From Albugo candida (lineage: Eukaryota), in assembly GCA_040437565.1 (NCBI GenBank), contig JBDOQK010000065.1, positions 62,001-126,000 of the forward strand: DNA of 64,000 nt. Reading direction: 5' to 3'. The position numbers and the translations under genes are program-made. Under the pieces are notes generated by a model. That model searched no databases. It was not told the origin of the DNA and worked only from the letters and a program-made list of their open reading frames with translations. Each line of letters opens with the position of its first letter. Positions within the stretch are counted from its first letter, which is position 1. Of the stretch, positions 48,618-60,153 are shown piece by piece.

Positions 48618-51149
48618 AGATCAGAGCACGTAGAATATCAGCTTGTATTATTCTTCACAAGTTGTGGGAGTAATAATGTAAGCAGGCCTGATGTGCTATA
48701 AAAGTGTGGGACTATCAATTTTAGTTTTTAGTCGTGGGGTTATCGATACTCTTTTCTTTTTCTTTATTTCACCTACTGTGGAGGACGACAAATTTTGGGT
48801 GCTGTCTTTGGACAATTCGTATTTATTACCGGCTGGATATCGTCTCGTACTAAAGTGGAGTGAGTCAATCGCTCTACATAGTGAAGGACTGTAATAGGTG
48901 CGAATCGTTTCAACGAATGTCACACGTAACTTCATGCTATTCTTTTCTTTTTTTTAATAATAACTGATGATCACAGCCTAGGCGCTCAGTTATGTCCTTG
49001 CCTAATTGAAGTGTATGAAATCCTTTACCTAACTTATTCCTGTCGAGCTGATAAGAATAACAAGCCGAATATGAGAACTTGGGCCTTGTAGATACTTCAT
49101 GATGCAGGCTTGGTATCATGCCAAGAAATGCCAAATGATCTTAGTACCCTATACTATGCACATGTAGCACTCATGTACACGTCCACTAAAAACACCGTTC
49201 ACAATCGATACTTGATGGTATCCAGTGACGAACGCTAAGCACGAATAGCCCGCTGTTAGTTGCAAAGTATTGCGGTATTATGCAGAAGATCGGAAACCCT
49301 ACTTGCTCGGGAGATCTAACTACTTAGATAGACATGGTAGAAGCAGAAAATTAAGCTCATAGAGAATAATACTTGTTTTTACGGTGTGTAGGGCCGTTAT
49401 ACCTTCAAATCTGTGTAGCTAAGGCTCCAGTAAAGAAGTAGCTTTCAACCAACTGCAAAAATGATAGTCCCACTTAACATCATCGGAGAATTGGCCAGAT
49501 CGTATGGAGCTTGATTCGCAGGCAAGTCTACCTAGTGTGCATGCAATGTCTCAAGTACGTTATTGCCGCACAATCAGACCGTTCGAAAAAAGCGCATCTA
49601 TCATTGTGGATGATGAAACAGGAGTCAAACATCGTGAACAAATCTTAAGGCTACGTGAATCCAGCATCATCTTTAATGTCTCCATGAGATGGTACCAGGT
49701 CTCGTTCTTAAAGCATGAGAGCTTGAGAGAAACTGGAAATGGAAATGAAACATCAGTGCATGGCGATGTCGTAATGTGTCTTTGGGAGAGGAGGAAACGC
49801 GTACTCCACAATACATGTCAATAGATGTAAGATGTTCTGGCCTATTCTAGTCAATTCGTCTACGGCGTGGTCGCTACATGTAATCTTTACCGTGATGGAA
49901 GCACTTGCCCTAGTGCATGAGAAAGTATGCTCCCAACCGAGGTCATGCATGTCGATTTTGTAAAATCGGAAGAGGCACTTGTGGTAGCACCTCTAATTTC
50001 GCAATTGCAGAATTTCATTTCTTTTTGATCAGATTTATGAATAATACTGTTTCGGGGCATGGGAAGTCAAGAACCTGCGGCAACCCATCGCTTGAAAATA
50101 GGGCAATTTCTTACATTCTTTGTGTGACCTCGGGCGCACTAGAAAAATGAGCTTATGATCATCGACCAGACTGCAATATTACTACTACGACATTGCATGA
50201 GATGGCAGAATGGTAGAACTAGCCAGTTATGTCATCTCGTATCCATTACGATGCAGGAATTATTTTTTCTGCAATTTCTCAGCCGCAAGCATTGCCATGT
50301 GCTGACGAACTAGAAATCAATCCAAAGATTCAAGTATAACTTCTCTTGTGAGCTGAATTAATGCTGAGCTTTTCAGCACACGAAAGTTTAAAATTGCCTC
50401 GAGACAACTCTTTGATGGCTGAAATGACACCTGACAAATAAACCATGGACGAGTATTTGAGTCTTCAAACAACGCGACTGAAAATTCTCTGTGGTTTGCA
50501 GCAAAGCAAAGATTCAAGATTAATTCACATACTTTGAATGGATCCACGAAGTAATGAATGATTCCATCTTAATCAGGAGTTCAAGTCTGTATCACAATAA
50601 ACTATAACTAGCTGCCTCTTCAAATTGGTTTAATGGAAACAAAAGTATGATCTTTTCATACTAATGGTCGACTGATTTAAAAACGGGTAACACAATTCTC
50701 CGGCCGAGGGCCTAGAAAAGCGGATGTGCTGATATCAATGCGCTTGCTGTAGTCTTGACGATCTAATCAAGCAGTGTTTGGTACTTCTGTGCTCAACGAT
50801 ACTTGCAGCATCGATGATTTAGGTTCGCATCGTCGTATGCTAATATGGTAGCATACCACTTTTTATCCTTTCGCTGGCCGGATCAATGCGCTTATCTGTG
50901 CAAAGGCGATATCAGGACAAACTACCACTTTGGTGTATTGGCAATTGTATCATCTCGCTTCTTCGAAACATCAAGCATAACTAATACAGGGACAACAAAC
51001 AGCCATGTATGATTATTGGTTTCGAGAGTATGGTTGAGACGGTTCAAGGCAAAATCGCAACGAAGAGAAGATCGTCAACTTTCGGACAAACGCCCTGCAC
51101 ACACTGTGAAGACTTCTGTTCACTTAGGATTTGAAAAACTGCCTTAATA

Positions 51150-51460
51150 TAGGTCCTTAGTTCGCTAATCTGTGCTAACTCTAAGCCTATCATTCTAGAT
51201 CCCTCTATAATGTTCCTAATGACGTTTCTTGTGACGTCATGGCCTATCTAGCATACAGTCAGCTCAATCTTGTTGCCCGACTCGACAGCATGACACACAC
51301 AGTCTATAATATGCTTGCTCCTCTAAGAAATCGAGTTATTTGAACTGCCACCAGACATCACATCTAATGTTTGATCTACAATGCTGGTATGATCGATCAT
51401 TCACAACTCATTACCGCTAAATTTGTAAGAGGCGGATGTAAGCAATCATAAACAACAACG
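51150..51460 (+). mobile_element. Diverged 5'-end fragment related to the Tc1-like element
   Basis: TAGGTCCTTAGTTC..GCTA..CTAAGCCTAT matches the reverse complement of 37536-37573. Weaker match AATCAT(C)AAACA(T)ACAACG near 51445. Confidence 0.55.
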
Positions 51461-51987
51461 AGATCGCTAATGATCACCGCGAAAGTCATTGATAAGTCAA
51501 GAATTTTCCAAAAGCTGATGAGTAAGTAGCACAAATTTTTATCTAGAAATGTGTATGTACCTATGTTTATCTCAGCATCGATTGGAAAAAAAAAACCTTA
51601 TACGATCCACTGGTTACGGCAACGCTTGATAACTCGTATGGCAGCTTACAATGACTATCTTGCATCAGGATCCCTTAAAGTGAGTATATCTTACGAAATT
51701 GAAGTGTTTGTGGTATCTGTAGTTCCTTGAAATCGTAAACGAAGAAAAGATCTGATACAATAAATTGAAACAGATCTTTTTCATGACTTATCCATCTTAT
51801 CCAATCTATGCATTTAGCCAAATTCTACTTGAGCACCGAGAATACGTGGTTCGGCAGGCAAAATGTCATAGCACCGTATAGCACTCTACAGTACAACCTG
51901 GCTTTTTGCACCAATCATGAACTCAATGAGTCCAAATTTGCTTTGTAATATCGTTTATAATATAAGCTCATAAAACACTAGAAGTAG

Positions 51988-54900
51988 ATGAAATACATCT
52001 CGATGCTCGGATCAAATATACTGGTGTTGTTGTTCTTCATGCCACATACACACAGCGTCCTATTCACTGGATTGGCAGGCCGATCGATAGCAAAACAGTT
52101 GCAAGATTCGATAGCATCCACAGCGTGCCAATCTTTCCATAAGAGCGGTGATTTGTGGCACTACGAATGGTGTTTTAATCGACACGTTCGACAGTACCGT
52201 CGATATGAGCAAAATAATTCCGTGCAAAGTTTGATTATAGGGAAATATATACACTATGAAAGCCGAACATATCATATCACGTCACTTCCTGGCAACGTGT
52301 CTACAAATACGTATTATCTAAGTCAAAATTTCACGCAGGGGGACGATTGTACGTCGGAAAATCATATTTTGCCTCAAAGAGCTACTGATATTCGCTTTAA
52401 ATGCTGTGGCTCTGCAAGCAATGGCACGTTCATCGAGTCAGTAGAAGAGTCAACGTCATGCTCACATATACTTTGGATGTGCACACCAATTGTATGCGAA
52501 TTACAGGGCGAGACATTTGTGGAAGCTAATGGAATGGAAGAAGAAGAACGGTTGGAATGGCTTCAGATTGTAAAGGATATGTTTTATCACGCATACCACG
52601 GCTATATGGAGCATGCTTTTCCATCTGATAATTTACTACCGCTAACCTGTCGTGGTGGTGAGTTTGCCCTGAGTAAAATTCCATTACTGACATTGATCGA
52701 TGCATTGGATATGCTTGCGATACTGGAAGATAGAGTTGAATTTGAGCGTGGTGTCCGATACGTTATAGAACACTCGAATTTTGACATCGATGAGAATGTT
52801 TCGGTCTTTGAAACGACGATTCGAGTCCTCGGAGGTCTATTGTCTGCTCATATGTTTGCTATCAACAAACGGTTGGCCTTACTGCCCAACGGAATGTACA
52901 AAAATGAGCTGCTCACACTTGCTATCGATATCGCAGATCGACTGATGCCCGCTTTTCAGACAAAAACTGGCATTCCATATGGAACCGTGAATTTGCGTCG
53001 AGGTGTACCGATTGGTGAGACAACAATTGCAAGTTCCGCTGGAGCAGGTTCACTCACGATGGAGTTTACAATGCTGAGTGCTTTAACTGGAGACATCAAG
53101 TATGCCAACGCTTCGCGCGTTGCCGCGCGGGCTCTCAACGCAAGTCGCTCCAGCATGGGTCTTCTGGGAAAGCATATTGATAATCGGAATGGTGACTGGT
53201 ACGAGACGCTATCGGGTCCAGGATCCAATTCTGATAGCGTTTACGAATACTTTTTGAAGATGTATATGAATTTTGGCGATGTCGAGTTTTTACACATATT
53301 TGAAGAACTGTATGATGCAATCATGACCTACAACCGAGTGGGCGATTGGTTCTTTGACATGAACATGTATGATGAATCACAAATACGCAGGAGTCAAATG
53401 ATCTTTGAAAACTTAGTGGCATTTTTTCCGGGGTTGCAGGTAGCTTTTGGTCAGCTTTCAGCAGCTTCTAACTCCTTAAATGCTTTCCATAAAGTCTGGC
53501 GAGAGTTGGGGTTTACCCCTGAGCGTTTTGATGTGCAATCTTGGGATCTTCAGTGGAATCGCCGAGACTATGTGCTTCGACCAGAGCTTGCAGAATCTAC
53601 ATTCTACATGCACGAAGCCACACAAGACTCTTCTTGGTTACGTGCAGGAGCTCATATTGTTGAGTCGATTGAAAACCATTGCAAGACTGATTGCGGTTAT
53701 GCAAGCGTCAAAGATGTGAAAACAAAATCATTGAAGGATGAAATGCCGTCATTTTTCCTTGCAGAAACGTGCAAGTATTTGTATCTTTTATTCAACACCA
53801 GCAGCTTCATACGAAATGGAAACTTTGTGTTCACAACGGAGGCTCATCCATTTCCGATCTCTCAGGAGACTGCTGGCTTGGAGCTTATTCAAAAGCTGGT
53901 GAAATCAAAGTCGGGTACGCTCACAGATCGGAATGATGATACTTGCTCGGAAGCTCCATTCTGGCTTGCTTATTCGTATCAGGAGGATTACCATGTCATT
54001 ACTGAAAAGGAGAATACTAGACTATACGATGAGGCGTTTTATCCATGGAGCTCATGTGAGCTGCATACTGAAAAGAAGCCGTCGAAAGTTGTACAAAGTC
54101 ATGTCGTCAATGGAGGTGAAAAACTTGGAGACTTTTACGTGCATCGAGTGGGTCAATTTACTCGGGTGACACAAGAGCAGACGCAACAGTGGATCGACTT
54201 TGTCCGTTATGGTCAGAATCAGTTGCTAGTTGCAATGATGCCCGCTAAAGAGCTAATAACGACGTCGAATTCGGGCATTAGTAAGGCTCCATTGGTACCC
54301 GTATACCGAACATTTCAGCTGCATACGGCACCATCGACGGTGATCAAGTTGCTCAGTTTCACTTGCTCCGTACAAGTTTTGCTGGATTTGAAAAGTTTGA
54401 ATAAAGAACATCACGACGAAACGACCGCGTTCCGATTTCCTTGTATGCAGAGCAAATTTGGAGGCTATTCTTTCTTACCTCACAGCATCGCATTTGCAAT
54501 GGCCGGTCTGGTAATTGCAGACCCTATAGACGCATGTACTACGCTTCAAGGAAATCATTACCGTGGAAAATACGTGCTCGCAAATCAAGTGAAATGTTCT
54601 TACGAAGAGAAATCAGCAAATGTAGATGCATCCGGCGCATTCGGCTTGCTTATTTGGATTGCAGAAAAGCTCGAAACGGACATTGACGATGTATTGGTCG
54701 AAGTATGGACATCAAACCGCCCCGATGGCACAAAGTTTCCCGATAATATCACAATTCCCATCATCATGGTATCTCATAGTCTCGGCAAATGGCTTGATTC
54801 TATCAAAGATACTGACATTGGTATTCGGTTGGATTTGGAGACATTTGTCTATTCCAACTTTGATATCTCACAACTTTGGCAAATGAAATCGCAAGACAGA

Positions 54901-55044
54901 GAGGACGATCTTTTTTTTATGATCAGTGCGAAACATTACGACAAGGTTTGGCTATGTGGGCCGCAATGGAGCGTTGAAGTCAAATTATCCGCTACTTCCG
55001 TAATTGCGATTCTCGAGAACGCGCCTTCAACCAACGACCAATGA
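51988..55044 (+). CDS. EDEM-like alpha-1,2-mannosidase: signal + MRH/PRKCSH domain + GH47 + PA domain, copy 3 (complete, intronless)
   Basis: MRH: WHYEWCFNRHVRQY...FTQGDDC...RATDIRFKC...ESVEE..SC. GH47: VFETTIR, DSVYEY, LRPELAES, SFFLAETCKYLYLLF, FTTEAHP. PA: DPIDAC...GKYVL...CSYEEK. Confidence 0.93.
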   Translation: MKYISMLGSNILVLLFFMPHTHSVLFTGLAGRSIAKQLQDSIASTACQSFHKSGDLWHYEWCFNRHVRQYRRYEQNNSVQSLIIGKYIHYESRTYHITSLPGNVSTNTYYLSQNFTQGDDCTSENHILPQRATDIRFKCCGSASNGTFIESVEESTSCSHILWMCTPIVCELQGETFVEANGMEEEERLEWLQIVKDMFYHAYHGYMEHAFPSDNLLPLTCRGGEFALSKIPLLTLIDALDMLAILEDRVEFERGVRYVIEHSNFDIDENVSVFETTIRVLGGLLSAHMFAINKRLALLPNGMYKNELLTLAIDIADRLMPAFQTKTGIPYGTVNLRRGVPIGETTIASSAGAGSLTMEFTMLSALTGDIKYANASRVAARALNASRSSMGLLGKHIDNRNGDWYETLSGPGSNSDSVYEYFLKMYMNFGDVEFLHIFEELYDAIMTYNRVGDWFFDMNMYDESQIRRSQMIFENLVAFFPGLQVAFGQLSAASNSLNAFHKVWRELGFTPERFDVQSWDLQWNRRDYVLRPELAESTFYMHEATQDSSWLRAGAHIVESIENHCKTDCGYASVKDVKTKSLKDEMPSFFLAETCKYLYLLFNTSSFIRNGNFVFTTEAHPFPISQETAGLELIQKLVKSKSGTLTDRNDDTCSEAPFWLAYSYQEDYHVITEKENTRLYDEAFYPWSSCELHTEKKPSKVVQSHVVNGGEKLGDFYVHRVGQFTRVTQEQTQQWIDFVRYGQNQLLVAMMPAKELITTSNSGISKAPLVPVYRTFQLHTAPSTVIKLLSFTCSVQVLLDLKSLNKEHHDETTAFRFPCMQSKFGGYSFLPHSIAFAMAGLVIADPIDACTTLQGNHYRGKYVLANQVKCSYEEKSANVDASGAFGLLIWIAEKLETDIDDVLVEVWTSNRPDGTKFPDNITIPIIMVSHSLGKWLDSIKDTDIGIRLDLETFVYSNFDISQLWQMKSQDREDDLFFMISAKHYDKVWLCGPQWSVEVKLSATSVIAILENAPSTNDQ

Positions 55045-55101
55045 ACAGTACAATACGGTAGTGCGTCAATGGTCTAGGATCAGATTGATTTAATTTGAAC
55101 A

Positions 55102-56571
55102 ATGAATGAATGTAAGCAATGGCACAGCGATTCAGAGCCATCGACATCGCGAGTTTTAGATCTGAACTCAAAACCCATACATTCTGCTTCCACGAAATCT
55201 CTTCTCGGAGTGTCGTTATCATCAAACTGTATTGAGAATCGATTTCATGCCAATTCAGTGAAATGGATCTTATTCAGTGTGATTGGCGGTATGATATACG
55301 GCTACAACGTCAGGCAAGTCAGTTGAGCTCACTCTTATTTCTCAATCAAATTGTGTATTTTATAGTTTAGCGGCTGTCTTACCGTACATTCAAACCACGC
55401 TTGAGCTCTCTTCCACCCAGCAAGAAATCACAAGTGCGATGGCGACATTTAGTGATGCGATTTCCATGCTCTTCGCTGGTGTACTTGCAGATACATTCGG
55501 ACGTCGACCAACAGCGATTGTAGCATGCGTTTTCTCCATAATTGGGGCTATTGGCGCGAGTCTTTTTAATCCGAGTGTCACGACACTAATGCTGTTCAGA
55601 TTCATCACAGGAGTCGGAAATGGGATTTCGATTCTCCTTCTTCCAATGTACATAAGCGAATGTGTGGATGCTTCATCTCGTGGTCGATTGCTGTCTTGTT
55701 ATCAGTTGGGGTATGTTTCTTGGCGATAAAATACTTCCCTGCTGATGATACATTTCGCAGTGTGAGCACTGGATGCACGCTACCGTATGTGTATATGGCG
55801 TTGGATCAAAATTGGCGTCGATGCTTGGCTTGTGGCAGTTTACCCGCTGTGTATATTCTTATAAGCTTTGCACACGTTTTTCCAGAAAGCGTTCATTGGA
55901 GTCGGATAGCCGAAGTCCCTTCTACTCGCGGCAGTGATTCACTGACGCTCACTGCAGCCTCCGAGCTCGTGGTTGGAATCCTTTTGGCATATGTCAACAA
56001 CTGCATTGATGCGCCATTGTTCTATGGACCCCAAATTGTCGCAAGTGCTCTTCCAAGCTACACCCGACAAGATGCAAATATCTTTGGGCTTGTATCGAGT
56101 CTGATTGGAATTCTAGCGGTACTCGTTGCTGGGTACTCGCTAGTCAATCAGTATCCTCGTCGGCAGCTTTATTTGATCTGTCTATTCCTGGTCGTCTGTT
56201 GTTTTCTTGTATTGAGCGTCATTTTCGCAGTATACTCCAATCCAGTCAACCTTGTTCAGCATCAGGTCGCGATAATCATCCTTTTGGTCACTTTCGTCAT
56301 GCTCAATGTGGTTTCCATCGTCGGCCCGGGCATTCTCTTTGTAGTGATTCTCAGCGAGTTGTTCCATCAAACACCCAAACGAGCTACATACACCAGCTGG
56401 TGCACGTTTGCAATGTCATTTTTCTCTTTGGTTATCAATGGGACGCTGCTGACGCTTTTCGATTTACTCGGTGTATCAATCACATTGGCTGGTTACGGTT
56501 GCACGTACGCTCTGTGCTTTGCGGTCTTTTACAAATGTCTTCCGGATTCCAAAAATCGTCAACTGATCTGA
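55102..56571 (+). CDS. MFS sugar-porter-like transporter, two introns
   Basis: Motifs GGMIYGYN, LADTFGRRP, FRFITGVGNG, PMYISECVDASSRG and FPES. Introns about 55314-55365 (GC-AG) and 55711-55760. Confidence 0.88.
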
Positions 56572-56579
56572 CGCAATGT

Positions 56580-59500
56580 TCAAGGCCGCATAAAGTCTCT
56601 CACATCATCTTGCTTGACTTTCTTCTTGTAGAATTCCTTTTGGTGTTGCAACTTTACATTTTCCGTCATCAAATGCGCCAAATGTTCTTGCAATACATCA
56701 ACTTTTATTCCTTTTCGGTCATCGTCGAGTAGCTTGAGTACAGCCTTTCTATGTTTCGATACCTCCGCGCTTTTTCGTGGCATGTTGGAGGCTTGCATCG
56801 GGCCTTGTGGTTGAGTTTCCATCTGGAGCGCCTTTAGCCGAGACTTGACGTCGTTGTACCTCTTTTTCCACTCGGCTTTCAGTCTGTCGATCGATTTGGC
56901 TGCTTTTTCTTTATGGGCTTCAAGTCTACACTTCAAGAGCTCGTTCTCTTCCTCTATGGCAGCACTATCAACACTTTTTAAAGCTTGTAGCTGTCGAATG
57001 TATTGAATGATGCGCCGAATGAGTGCCGAGCCTTCCAAGTCCTTTGCGTTGAATGGAAGATCGACCTTTTCCAGCTCTTTATATAGCATCGTTGACTCGT
57101 GGTGAGGTTGAGCCTTCTCAGCCAACAGCCTAGAGTAATCGTGATTTACAGTATCCAGTCGTTCAAACAAGCATTTTGTCTGCTGTTCCATGGCGAATTT
57201 CTGATCCTCAGAAGCCTTAAGTGCATCTTTGACTTCACGTAGCCGATGTTTCATCTTGGACACATGTGTCTCCAGTTTGATTCGGGCTGAATCGGTCAGT
57301 ACGCCTTGTTTACGCTCTTCTGATATAGCATCTCGTTTCTCTTCCAAAGCTTCACATCGTGTTTCTGCGGCTTTTAATGCTTTCTGTAGCCGTTGACACT
57401 CCTTTTTGAAGAAAGGCTTTTCATCATATTCAATAGCCTTCTGCTCATTTTTTCTGTTCAGATCGTCCACGTGCTGCTCGTATTCGAAGACTTGTTGTGT
57501 CATTTCGCGGATATCGCGAGTTGCGTGCTCAAGTTGACGCTCCAGCTTATCCTTTTCCAAACAAAGATCATCACGAGCTTTACGCAGCGCCTCGTTTTCT
57601 TTCTGCAGTGAGTTCAACCGCTCTTCAGCCCACTCGATCTTGGACGGGTTGACCTCAGCGTGATAGCTTAGCTGCTCGAGGACTTGTTCTTTCTCCTCTT
57701 GCAGTTGTAAGATTTCTTCTTCCATCTCAATCGCCCGGGCTTCCAGTCGTTGATTCATACTTTCCTGCTCTTCGATTCGCTTTGAAAGACCGTTTTGTGT
57801 GTTTTCATTTTCAGCACAAAGTCGTTCAAAGTCGCCTTCCCGTTGTTGATGGATGCTCACAGTGGAAGTCAACTGCTCACATTCGGCTTTCAGGAGCGAT
57901 ATTTCTTTCATCGCAAGCTCCAAATCTTGATGATACACGTCGATGTGCTCCTGAAGTGTCGAGTTGGCTGCAGATAATTTCTCGATTTCTTCATTCTGCG
58001 CTGAAACTTGTCGATCGACTTGCTCTATCACTCCACTTCGATATTGCAACGCTTTCTGTGCCATTCGTAAAACAGTATTTGTTTCTTGTGTAGAAGTAAG
58101 GGGTTTTCCTTCCAGTAATTCGAGCATTTGCGCAATCGTCTCAGTTTTTTCACGCACTACAGCTTCTAATTCTTGACAATTGTGTCTCAGAGACTGAAAT
58201 TCACGTTCGGCTTGCCTCAGGTTTTCTTGGGCAGTGTTATTCTCCGCATTCAGTGCTTCTTGTGTCTGGACATTCACTTCAAGATCCTTCACGAGCTGAC
58301 TTTGCATTTGTTTTCCATACTGCTCCGCGTTTTCATATTTGCTCCTCCAAAATGTCACTTGTTTCTGGAACTCGGATGCCAATTCTGTGCGTTCTTCATC
58401 CAATTTCTGAGTGTAGAGGACTTCCAATTGTGAGCGGTTGTTCCTCTCCGCGGTCAATTGGTCATGGAACGCACCGGCTTCCCTTCGTATTTGCTCATTC
58501 TGAGCTCGCTCTTGCTGTAGTGAGCTTTGCAATTGTTGCAGCTGCTGTTCGAGAACATTCATTTCCTGTTGTCGTCGTGATAGTAAATGGTTATAGTGAG
58601 CTTTGAGTGCCTCGACATTTCCAAGATTTTGATCATTATTCTGCAAGATCGATTGCAACCGCTGGTAAGCTTCTTCTTTTGCAGCAGTGACCTCGTGACA
58701 TCGTGACTCCAAAGCTCTTCCCTCAGCCATCAGATCTTTCACCTTTTGATGCTCCTGTTCTGCAAGTTGCTTCCATGTCTCATTATCACATTGCAGCCGC
58801 GCTACTTCACTCTTTGCATTTTGCCATTCGACATGTTTATCTTCCAATTTCGCGAGCGTTCGATCGAGCTGCTCTTGAGCTTGTTCTAATTTCTGTAACG
58901 TCGTCTCAACATGTTGGTGACTTTGCTCCATCTGTTGATGCGCCTTTACAAGCTCATTCGATAAGCGCGTGACTTCACGATCCTTTTCGATTTTATCCTG
59001 CTCCATCCGATTGCATTGGGAGTTCCATGCGTCCCTGCTTTTCTCAACTTCCGTGAGCGCGCGTTCTCGGTCTTTTAGTAGCCCGACATGTTGGTGACTT
59101 TGCTCCATCTGTTGATGCGCCTTTGCAAGCTCATTCGATAAGCGCGTGATTTCACGATCCTTTTCGATTCTATTCTGCTCCATCCGATTGCATTGAGAAT
59201 TCCATGCATTCTTGTCCTTTTCAGCTTCTTCAAGCGCGCGATCCCTCACCTTTAGTAGCCCATTCAGGTGATCGACCTGCTGCTTCAGTTCGGACGCAGT
59301 AGACGATGTTTGACTTTGTTGCTGTAATTTCTGTTCAGCGTGTTCAAGTTGTCGAAGTGTGAGGTTGTATCGATCTTCCCACCGCTGCTTTTCCATATTG
59401 CTGTTTTTCAATAAGATTTCGTTCTTTTTCAACGACTGTGCAAATGTGTAAGAGTTGTGGTAAGGAGATTGACAGCCAAAAGCTGAAGCAACGTACTTGT

Positions 59501-59938
59501 TTCATACTGCTCAGCATCTCTAACTGCTGATTTAATTCCGACATATTGAGATTGAGTTCATTCATCTGAAAAATCGTCCGAGAAGTAAATTATCAGAATC
59601 AGACGTGAATCAGATCAGGACTGTAGCTGTACCTTCCAAGTATCCCAATGGCGCTTTTGAGATTGGATCACTTTCCCGACTTCCTGTACTTTCTTGAGGA
59701 TGTGAGGAATTAGAGGATGTTTCTGCTCGTTTTCTTGCTTGAAACACACATTGTATCACTTGGCTGGTACGAGGAAGAAAGGTGGAAGCGATGAGCGTAC
59801 TAGAAATTTGTAAAGATCTCCATATTGCGAGAGTTGCTTGTCGACTTGGTTCGGAGAAAGCTGTTGATTCGGATCAATATTTTCTTGATCAGTCAATCGA
59901 TGCGGTCGTCTGGCGTAGTCGTCATTGCAGAAGGGCAT
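56580..59938 (-). CDS. Long coiled-coil protein (E/Q/K-rich), multi-exon 5' end
   Basis: 950-aa heptad-rich ORF at 56580-59432 plus small upstream exon-like segments; 5' end uncertain. Confidence 0.75.
58909..59262 (-). repeat. 177-bp (59-aa) in-frame tandem duplication
   Basis: Units 58909-59085 and 59086-59262 both encode GLLK.R.RAL.E.EK...AWNSQCNRMEQ..IEKDRE.TRLSNEL.KAHQQMEQSHQHV, with substitutions. Confidence 0.92.
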
Positions 59939-60126
59939 TGTATCGCCAATGTAGTTGTGATAATTTGTACGATCTCGCTCGCGTAATTTCTACAGGAGAT
60001 GTCAAAGTACGTAAGTAGGTGGAAGGTATATGCTATAATTTAATTAAGAGCGCATCAATGTACCATAAACTGCGGCGTTCGCGTTGTTCGCGATGGATCC
60101 GGTCTGATTGGTAAAGGTGACGCAGC

Positions 60127-60153
60127 AGGGTACCGGCTCGAAACCGGTACCCT
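60127..60153. other. Perfect 10-bp hairpin with T-arm/B-box-like loop
   Basis: AGGGTACCGG-CTCGAAA-CCGGTACCCT in a divergent intergenic region. Confidence 0.6.
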
